A DNA stretch of 64,000 bases from Podospora anserina (taxonomy: Eukaryota): the NCBI GenBank assembly GCA_017654855.1, contig CM030332.1:1054001-1118000 (forward strand), given 5' to 3'. How positions within the stretch are numbered: the first letter of the stretch is position 1; each line of letters begins with the position of its first letter. A program made the position numbers and the translations under genes. Shown in pieces: positions 14,101-23,804 of the stretch. The notes under the pieces are model-generated. The model made no database searches and was not told the DNA's origin. It was given only the letters and a program-made list of their open reading frames with translations.

Positions 14101-14632
14101 TGCTTTTTGATGGGATTGCGGCAACATTTGCCATCTCGCGCAGACGAATGGTGGTGCCTATCCACAAGAAGTGGGAGGCCAGTGCTACTCGGATCCAGGT
14201 GGTGCAGCAAGAAGGAATCACGCAGATTCTTGCCTTCTTTTCGGATTTTTCTCATGGACAATGCATGGGCTTCAGCTTGAAGGGAACAGATGTGTTTGAA
14301 TCTTTTGGAAAGCAGGGGAAGGCCGGGCTCAAGATTGTGGATGCCAAGTTCCCGCTGCCGAAGGTGCTGCAGGCTGGGATGGATGGAGCGCAGGACGCGG
14401 CGGATGCAGCGTTTTTGTGTTTGGACTTACCTGAGCTGCCCGGGGAGCATGATGATATTTCGATCGTGTTTGAGGATGAGGCTGGTAAGTTGATGCTGCC
14501 TGGGATTTGACGAACCTGTTCATCTGCTAATATTGTGGCTTTACAGAACGTGATAAACTTGCTGCATGCTTGCCTGCACCAGTCAAGGGTGGCTCTAGGC
14601 TGATCCCAAAGATGAAGGGGTCGAAGGAGTAA
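11103..14632 (+). CDS. Large uncharacterised fungal protein (about 1155 aa): Pro/Ser-rich disordered N-half, globular C-half
   Basis: 1135-codon ORF plus intron 14485-14546 (GTAAGT..GCTAAT..ACAG). The terminal exon reads ERDKLAACLPAPVKGGSRLIPKMKGSKE* and ends at TAA 14630-14632. No catalytic motif recognised. Confidence 0.85.
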
Positions 14633-15165
14633 GTGGAATTCATGATGGTGGGGCGTTCAAAGATCAAAACAAGACGGGGTTCAAGAGGTTGTTCAGCAGG
14701 TCACACGAGATATATCCTCTAAATTTAATTAGTTAATGTTGCTAGCACGGATGGACCGACAGGACAGGGCAAGATACATGAGTCTCTTGGTTGGAATGAA
14801 AGCAGTATTTTAGGGTGCATTATGGGGGAAACAGAGCAAGACGGTCATCATCATACAGCGCGTTACAGTCATGTGTATGGTAGTATTAAAACATGCAATT
14901 CTTTTTGGAACCTTCTTCAGTCGCTCAGTTCCCTTCATCAGTTGCTCAGTTGCCTTTCGCAAGTAACCGCTGCTTGTATATTACATGAAGTGTATGTGTA
15001 CGCAGGCTTTAACGAGGCCTGCTTGACAAAAAACGAGGGCCCAAGTCAAATACAGTCTAACGCCCCAACTCCGTGAAAAGTTTCATGACTGGTGAGATGA
15101 TTACTTCTACTCGTAGTCTCTCACAGCCTTCTGACATCGACTTCGCCCCCCCTCAGAGAGCCAGT

Positions 15166-15792
15166 CTAGTATCTCCTCCTCGTAGGCTCCGGGCTAGGCG
15201 ATCTGGTCGGGCTCCTGCTTCTCGGCCTCGTCTTCAACCACTTCTTGGTGCTCAACTCCAGCTCCCTCTCCAGCTCCGGGCTGGGATTTTTACGATGAAT
15301 AAAATTGCAAAACCCGCCCCTCACGCACCCCTCCCCCGAGTTCAACCTGCAGCACGCCTCCCTAAAGTCCGTCACAGGGCTCAGCTCGCAGTAGATGGGG
15401 CGGGCGGCGTACCACCGGCTGTTGAGGTCGTCGCAGGCCTTTTGGGCCGAGTCCTCGTACTTGAAGCGGGCGTAGACGTTGCCGATGAGGTGGTCATTAT
15501 TGTTGTCGCAGACAACGAGCTCCTCGATCTCGCCGTACTTGCACATCTCGCACCAGATGTCCTCGTAGAAGGCGTCGAAGTGGTTCTGGAGCTGGGAGGG
15601 GTTCATCCTGTTCTTCGGGTCGAAGGCCGGGTTCTGGTAGAGGTTGGGCATGAGGATTGTCTGCGAGTAGGAGGGCTTGACGTGCTTGCGGGAGCAGCGG
15701 TCGCCGTGGCGGCAGGCGCCGATTTTGTAGTAGAAGGAGCAGTTGACTTTGTCTTGTTCGGTGCCGAAGATGGAGGCGAGGAAGTTGGCCAT
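15166..15792 (-). CDS. U2AF1: Splicing factor U2AF small subunit (U2AF35/U2AF23), intronless
   Basis: MANFLASIFGTEQDKVNCSFYYKIGACRHGDRCSRKH (CCCH zinc finger 1), a UHM/RRM domain, SPVTDFREACCR..C..GGFCNFIH (zinc finger 2) and a short RS tail. Confidence 0.98.
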   Translation of the reverse strand: MANFLASIFGTEQDKVNCSFYYKIGACRHGDRCSRKHVKPSYSQTILMPNLYQNPAFDPKNRMNPSQLQNHFDAFYEDIWCEMCKYGEIEELVVCDNNNDHLIGNVYARFKYEDSAQKACDDLNSRWYAARPIYCELSPVTDFREACCRLNSGEGCVRGGFCNFIHRKNPSPELERELELSTKKWLKTRPRSRSPTRSPSPEPTRRRY

Positions 15793-18116
15793 TTTGGCGG
15801 GTTGGTTATTTTTCTTGTCGTGATTGTGGTTTGGTAATGGTGGTGAGATCGTTCGAGTGTTTGGTTATAGATTCGCGGGGATGGATGGGCGAGAACCGAA
15901 TGGGAGGCTGAAAAAGTGTATTGCGATTCGCGACGACACGAAAGTTTGGTGTTTGGCGTTGCAGTCCGGCAGGAAACACAAGGCAGTGGAAAATATCCAC
16001 TTGTTCAGCCTGGCGCTGCCACATGTGGCGTTAGGTCCCTAATTGGTTTGACTAAGATTCTGGGGGAAACAAGGCTGAAAGTTGTGTGACACGTGTGTGG
16101 CTGAAGCTTCTGGAAGCTCTGGCCAAGCTCGGTCAACAGACAGGGTTCCACTCCGATCGATCCCAATCTCCAATCTGGAACTGATTTGGACCCTTGATCC
16201 AACCTCTGACAGAGCAATTGTTACAATTCTCTGGCAAGACCATGAGGCATCCGTTCAACCATTTTGTTTGTCTGACGAAAAACCTCAGCTTTTGCGCGAC
16301 AATTGACTCTCTTTCCGGGCTACACAGGTTGTCCCATGTTCATCGGGCTTGGTCAGTTATGAATTATGGATTCCTCGGCATTCACCACACTCACAGCCAC
16401 CGAGATCGTGCAGCCATCGTGGGGGGAGCTAGCGGTGGCTAGATATGAAAATTGCCTCGTTTTTAGCCAACCTCCTGTCACCAAACTTCCCCTCAGATGA
16501 ATCGGCAGCCATGATCAGCAACAGCCAATGATGAGGGCCAATGGCTCCGCAGTCGAGGTAAGACATGCCGCCATCACCGACTATCTTCTGCGAGAGGCAG
16601 CACGCACACACAGCACATTCGGCCTATGGCGACCACGAGTTACCCGAATGGCGGTGTCTGAGGGAGCTTCTTGATACACAGCACACAGCACCCCAGACCT
16701 TTTTGAACAACTGTATTACCATTGACAACAACAAACCCCTTTTTGGAGTCTCTGTGCTGGCTTCCGAGATGCAGAAAGGGGCTTCGCTTGCGCAGTGTTG
16801 GTCCACATGTTTACCACCTGGCACGTGTGTCGGTTGATAAATTGCGATGGGGAGGCAGGGGAGCCGACATTGCGCTGCGACGGTCAAGGAATGACGAGTT
16901 ATTTCACGGCGCACGAGCCAGCTGGAATCACAAGTGACAGCATCATCGTTGTGGCTGTTCGAGACATTCTCCAACCGCTTCGTCTGCCGACAGGTTCAAC
17001 GGACTGGGTTCCGGGTATTCGGATCTTGATAGGGAAGAAAAAAAAACATAAAGACGGGAACAGCGGAAGCACGGGCTCGCCGGTGGGATGGCGGCCGGTG
17101 TTCTTCCCGCCGGCTCCTGCGTGTGGGTTCGTAGTCGAGAGATTTTCGGCAGGGATCTATACTTTTAGCGCCTACCCGAAGTGACGGGGCGGCCTCAGGG
17201 CCAAGGTCGACTTATGATGCAATGTGGTATCAATTATCAAGCTGCAGATTCCAAGAAGACCTGTTGTCGTGCGACACAGCAGCTACGGCGACGTACACTG
17301 TAGCAGTCCAGAGCACACCGGAACAAGGCACAAGCAAGAAACATTGCCATGACTGTGCCAAGGTGACGCGATAGCAGCTTCGCACTCTCTAGCGCAAGGG
17401 CCGACCGATGAACAAGCCACCTCTGCACCCCTCAGCTGGGCTGGGAATCTGGGAAAACCCTCTCAGTGCAGGATTCGTAATTCGGAATTGCGCCAGCCAA
17501 TTCGCGCTCTCCAAAGCCCACGATAGCTTGCCTTTTGGGACCAGCCAAGACCCAAATTGCACCACCAATCCTCGCCCGGCGTAAGGTCCCTACTGACGTA
17601 GCACCCGATCTGTTGCTGATCTCCCCGTCCCAGCTGGCCCATCCTTGCCAAGGCCCCACGCAGCTTTTGGACAGCTCCTCCACTTCCAGTTTGAGAGACC
17701 TCCACGCCAGGTTGTGGCTTCGCTGTGCTGCTGTTGCTCAATTTCATTTTCCCCTTCCTGTTTCCCCCCCCCCTCCTCTCCTTGAGCAACTCTCTAAAGC
17801 CTCTTATCCGGTGGTTCGTAGACCCAACTTCTGCGATTCCAGCCACATCTTTTTTCTTTTCTTCGAGTCTTGTTCTTGGATATCCATTACCTTAGTAGCC
17901 TTCTTCCACACACTAGCATTTGCGAGCTTCCAGGTCGCTTGTGCCGCAATCCGCCGCCCACTGACGGAGCTCCCCCGGTTCTGTCTCTGGCAGCCAACCC
18001 GACAACAGACACTCGGAATATCGGCCTAGGCCAACCGACATTGCCTCTTCCCCGCCATTGAACCAATTGACCAACGCAAGCGTGGCTGCTGAAGCAGCGT
18101 GTACACAGAGACGACC

Positions 18117-21100
18117 ATGGCGACTGCGGTTGCTGCCGCGGAGCTTAAGCAGCAGGGAGCTATCGAGGCTGCTCAGGATCCAGACAGCAAGGTCACCGCT
18201 GATGACGCCCAACAAAAGATTGTCGAGGAAAGTCGACGAGCTGGCGTGACGGCCTTCACATTCAACCCTGACGCCAGCCCGGAGGAGAAGAAGGCGCAAG
18301 CTCAAGCTGTACGTGTTATTCTTGGCAACGAGTGTATCCCCCCAAAGCTAACCACAAAGTTATACAACAGGCTATACCAGAAGGTTTCCACCGAAACCCA
18401 GGTGGTGTCGCCATCGCATCGGATCTTGATACTGATAGCAAGTCTGTCATCGACCTTCCCACACCGTCCAAGGCTGGCGCACTCGAGGTGGTCAAGGCCG
18501 AAAATGGCAAGGTCATTGTCGGTGGTCATGTTGAGGAGGACGAAGACAACTGGTGGGAGAAGACCGGTTGGGAACCCAGGTTTGGGTGGCCGGCTGAGTC
18601 GAGTCTCGAGGGTGAGAGCATGCTCGACCATCAGACATTACTAGAGACTCAGATTCCCGAGAAGTTCTTCGGAGGTATGGAACCCCCTTTACTGCCCTAT
18701 GCCGGGCCAAATTTGCTGACACTTGTGTGGTATAGACTGGTATCACAACGCCGCTGTCATTGCTTTTGCCTGCTTGTCCTCGTGGCTGGTGGCTGTTCTT
18801 GGTGGTGGTCTCGCCTGGGTATTCATCATTGGCGCAGCTTGCTCAACTTATTACCGCACCTCTCTGCGCCGCGTGCGCCGGAATTTCAGGGACGACATCA
18901 CTCGTGAACTTGCGCTCAAGAAGCTCGAAACCGATAACGAATCTGTCGAATGGATTAACTCTTTCTTGGTCAAGTTCTGGCCCATCTACCAGCCAGTCCT
19001 TGCGCAGACCGTTATCAGTTCTGTCGATCAAGTTCTCAGCAATGCGACCCCTGCCTTTTTGGACAGCTTGAAGCTCAAGACTTTTACCTTGGGTTCGAAG
19101 CCGCCGAGAATGGAACATGTGAAGACGTACCCCAAGGCCGAGGATGATATTATCATTATGGACTGGATGTTCAGCTTCACCCCCAACGATACCGCCGATA
19201 TGACTTCCCGCCAGCTCAAGAACAAGGTGAACCCCAAGGTTGTGCTTGAGATCAGAATCGGAAAGGCCATGGTCAGCAAGGGTTTGGATGTTATTGTCGA
19301 GGACATGGCTTTCAGCGGTTTGATGCGTCTCAAGATCAAGCTGCAGATCCCTTTTCCCCACGTCGAGAAGATTGAGATGTCTTTCCTGGAGAGGCCGACC
19401 ATCGATTACGTCTGCAAGCCTCTTGGTGGTGAGACGTTTGGTTTCGACATCAACTTCATTCCCGGTTTGGAGACCTTCATTATGGAGCAGATCCACGGCA
19501 CTCTCGCCCCGATGATGTATGCGCCCAATGTTTTCCCCATCGAAGTCGCCAAGATGCTCGCCGGTACTCCTGTCGATCAGGCCATCGGTGTTCTCGCTGT
19601 TACTCTTCACGGTGCTCAAGGCCTCAAGAACACCGACAAGTTTGCCGGTACCCCTGATCCCTATGTTCAGCTCTCTTTGAACAGGAGACAGGTGCTCGCC
19701 CAGACCAAGGTTATCAAGGAGAACGCCAGCCCCCGCTGGAACGAGACTCACTACATCATTATCACTTCTTTTAATGACTCGCTCGATTTTGACATCTTTG
19801 ATTTCAACGATTTCCGCAAGGACAAGAGGATTGCCCAGGTTTCTTTCCCTCTCGAGAACGTCGAGGAGGTTTGGGAGCACGAGAACGAAAGATTGGAACT
19901 CACCAACGATGGCAAGGCAAGAGGGGTTTTGTTTTCCGATATCCGGTTCTTCCCTGTCTTGGAGCCTAAGAAGCTCGAGGACGGTAGCCTGGAGCCGGCT
20001 CCCGAGTCTAACCAGGGTATCTTGCGCTTCACGGTTGAGCAGGCCAAGGAACTTGATGGTGGCAAGAGCATGATCGGCCAACTCAACCCCTACGCGACTC
20101 TCACATTGAATGGAAAGGCGGTCCACTCTACCAAGAAGCTGAAGCGCACCAACAACCCTGTTTGGGGCGAAAATGGCTCCAAGGAATTCCTCATCACCGA
20201 CAAAGCGCATGCCAAGCTTGGTGTTGTTATCAAGGATGACCGTGACATTGCCGGAGATCAGACTGTTGGAAACTACCAGATCAAGCTGGAAGACATGCTC
20301 GAACTGATGGCAAAGGGACAGGATTGGTACAATCTTGCTGGTACAAAGACTGGCCGTGTCAAGATGCAGGCTCAATGGAGGCCGGTGGCCATCTCGGGTA
20401 TTGCGACTGGCAGTGGCGGCTACGTAACACCCATTGGTGTTTTGCGCCTTCACTTCAAGCATGCCAGGAACCTTCGTAATGTCGAGGCTCTTGGCAAGTC
20501 TGACCCGTACGTGCGCGTCGTCATGTCGGGCATTGAGAAGGCCCGTACTGTCACGTTCAAGAACAACCTCAATCCCGACTTCGACGAGGTTCTCTACATC
20601 CCCGTACACTCGGCGAGAGAGCGCCTCCAGCTTGAGGTCATGGACTCTGAGAACGTGGGCAAAGACCGCAGCCTTGGTCTGACGGAGATCTCCTCCGGTG
20701 ACTACATGGTTCAGGGTGAGCTTGGCGAGTGGCTTGTTCACGACGAGAAGAAGGAGCACGAGGATGGCCTGCGTATCCACAACAAGGGCACACCCAAGGG
20801 CACCCTCACTTACACTGTCGCCTTCTATCCTACTCTCAACATTGCCGATCCCGAGGAAGAGGCCGAGAAGGAGAAGAAGAGGCTTGAGGAGGAAAAGGAA
20901 GCAGCAGATGAGGAGAAGGAAGAAGGAAAGGAATCCGATGCCTCGTCTGGCTTGGATGTTCCTCGCTCTACCGAGGCCGGCAAGTTCTCGGCTGACCTTA
21001 AGGAGCCAGCGACGCCTCTCACGCCCAAGACCCCCGGTACTCCCCTCTCGGCGACATTCTCCTCCCGGAGATCGCATGAGAACAGAGAGCCGCCCAAGGT

Positions 21101-22829
21101 CTACCTTACACCCCAGGAGCTGCTCAAGAAGGAGTCTGGTCTTATCATATTCAAGCTCATGGAGGCCGATTTGCCCAAGAGTCAGACCCGCATCGAGGTC
21201 TTTGTAGACGACATGGCCTTCCCTTCGTATACCTCTTCGGTTGCCAAGAAGTCAAAGACGACTTTTGACGAGATTGGCGACTGCTTCATTCGTGAACTGG
21301 AGTTCTCCAAGTTGACCATCAAGGTGTCGGAGAAGACGGACAGCAAGGAGGGCAAAAAGGAACGAGTCCTGGCCCGTCTTACCGGAAATACTCTTGATAC
21401 GCTCAAGCAATGCTTGGTAAGTGCTTTTGCTACAGTCAGTCGTGATTAGACTTTCAGCTAACAGCCTCAGAACAACCCAACGGTGCTCAAGCTGAAGGAT
21501 GATGATGGAAACGTGTATTCCATCCAGGTCAGCCTCAAGTATGTGCCAGTGCAGATGACACTCGACCCCAGCGAGAGCATCAATAACATGGGTAATCTCC
21601 GGGTCGATGTGTTGGACGCCCAGAACCTGCCATCTGCCGACTCGAACGGCAAGAGCGACCCTTATTGCAAGTTTGAGCTCAACGGCGTGGAAGTGTTCAA
21701 GACCAAGACGGTCAAGAAGACGCTCAATCCCGAGTGGAAGGAGTTCTTCACGATTCCAATCCCCTCGAGAACGGCGGCCAAGTTCAAGGCGACTGTTTGG
21801 GATTGGGATTTCGCTGACAAGCCTGACTTCCTCGGCGCTGCTGACATTAACCTTGAGCAGCTCGAGCCATTCAGGGGCCAGCAGTTCACTTACACTCTGG
21901 ACGGAAAGTCGGGCACCCTGCGGCTCCGTCTGCTCTTCACGCCAGACTACGTCACCAGGACAAGACAGGGCACTTCCACCCTCACTGGTACCTTCTCGGT
22001 GCCAGGCAGAATCGTTACTGGTGTGGCTGGCGTGCCTCTCAAGGGTGGTGCCGCTGTGGGCCATGGTGTTGCCAAGGGTGCCTCTTTCTTGAAGCGCGGG
22101 TTCCGCAGTGCTACGGGCAGAAGGGATGATGATGATGAAGAGTCTGTCAGCTCGGCCGACATTCCCATCATCACTACCAATGGCCCCGACTCAGGGCCCG
22201 GCGGCGGACTGAAGAGATCAGGCGGTCTTTCATTCCCCGAGGCTATCCCAGAGGCACCACCAAGCCCTCCTGGTGACAAGACTGCCGGGCTTGCCAACGG
22301 CGCGGGCGGTCTCACCCTTCATCACACAAGAACCAGGAGTGTGGGTGCCTCTTCGGTGCACAGTGCCATTTACCCTGGAGCGTCTTCTGGCACTGCCACC
22401 TTCAATGTCGTTTCCGCCACCGGCTTCCCTCCGTCGGCAGATGTATACGTCATCATCACGCAGACCAAGGACGGCAAGACCAAGCAGGTCGGCAAAACCA
22501 AGCATCGCAAGTCGTCTAGTGGCACGATCAAGTTCGATGAGACGTTCAAGATCCAGTGCACTCCAGACGCTCAGTTCAAGGTAGAGGCCAAGGAGCACCA
22601 CACCTTCGGTAGCGACGACCCGCTTGGCGAGACTCTCTACTTTGTGGATGAGACCAACTCTGGTCAGGAGAAGCAGCTGTCGATTGGTTCTGGGTCTGTC
22701 TGGATCAGGAGCTCATTCGTTCCGACTGAGGAGAAGGGTCTGCCAGACAGCCCCAAGTCTACGTCGGGGATCAGGAGGAGTTTTCTGAGCAAAAAGGACC
22801 TGAAGGTGCCGGGCTCTTCGGGGTCATGA
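18117..22829 (+). CDS. TCB: Tricalbin / extended synaptotagmin (TM hairpin, SMP domain, multiple C2 domains); ER-plasma membrane tether
   Basis: Exons 18117-18308, 18371-18674, 18736-21416 and 21471-22829; GT..AG introns with CTAAC/CTGAC branch sites. Hydrophobic hairpin after DWYHNAAVI, SMP start ESVEWINSFLVKFWPIYQP, and C2 motifs GTPDPYV, GKSDPYV and ADSNGKSDPYCKF..WDWDFADKPDFLG. Confidence 0.96.
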
Positions 22830-22907
22830 CTAGATGGCAGTCGCAGTGTTCGTCGCAAGTTTTCATGGGGAAGGAGTAAGAAGGACAAGGGCAAGGGCAA
22901 AGGGTAA
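22827..22907 (+). other. Putative stop-codon readthrough extension of tricalbin (UGA CUA G context; 25 codons to TAA 22905-22907)
   Basis: Sequence ...GGG TCA TGA CTA GAT GGC...AAA GGG TAA, translating as X-LDGSRSVRRKFSWGRSKKDKGKGKG*. Confidence 0.6.
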
Positions 22908-23706
22908 TTGATTAGGTTTTTTTTTTGGGGATGGAAATGGCATTCACATGGAGTCTGAGGCGAGAAGGGAGGAGGGTTGGGGTTAATAACTGGTAGTCCT
23001 GGATTGAGGGTTTATTTTTGTTTCTACTGTTTATTGTTTGTGTCATGGTCGTGGCAATGTTGCTATTAATTGCGTGATTGATGGTGGTAGTGGTGGTTTT
23101 TATGATACCTGTTTTTGCTACTGGTAGTTTTATCGGTGCTGTTGAAATGAAAAGTACTTTTATGAATATTGGAGGATATGTGATATTAAATAGATGGAGA
23201 CCTGCCCCCTTTTTCTTTTGTGATGTTCTGGAAGAATGTCTTGGCAGGGGTAGTTCTTTTTTTGCGCTGCCGGCCGGGGAATTAATGGGGTGAACCCGAC
23301 TAAGATTTGACAGGTGTTGAATTGGCCAATTCCGTTTCTTGGAGTGGGTGGGGTCTGTGCGTCAGTGGTTCAGGCAGGTCACGGAAGCTGGGGTGCGCGC
23401 GCCAGACATTCGTGGGGAACAATACAACTCGACAATTTGCTCTTGTTCACTCTTTTTTGTTTTTTCCTTTCGTCAATTTAGCGAACGACAAACTGTTCAG
23501 ATTGAAGTGACGAGTAGAACAAACAAACAAACAAACCAGCGATGTCTTGACACGACGACGAGGAACAAGATACCACTACGTACAAACTGTCCGCAGGCAG
23601 TAACGAAAGCAACGACCTGATCAAGAGCGAGCGAGACGAAGTCGGTATTAGTCGACACTACAACCACCACCGCGACGACGACGACCACGACAACGACGAC
23701 AATTCT

Positions 23707-23708
23707 GG

Positions 23709-23740
<32 letters not shown>

Positions 23741-23742
23741 CC
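23707..23742. repeat. Self-complementary GG-T14-A18-CC tract
   Basis: Read directly from the sequence, about 60 nt upstream of the ELMO ATG. Confidence 0.85.
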
Positions 23743-23804
23743 TCCGAGCCCCATAAATTACATCCATCACGATACTAAAGAAGAAGGGGAATCCACCGCC
23801 CATC

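Noticed and set aside
18843-21077. 744-aa minus-strand ORF opposite tricalbin
   Set aside because: Antisense shadow caused by strong codon bias of the sense gene; no recognisable domain.
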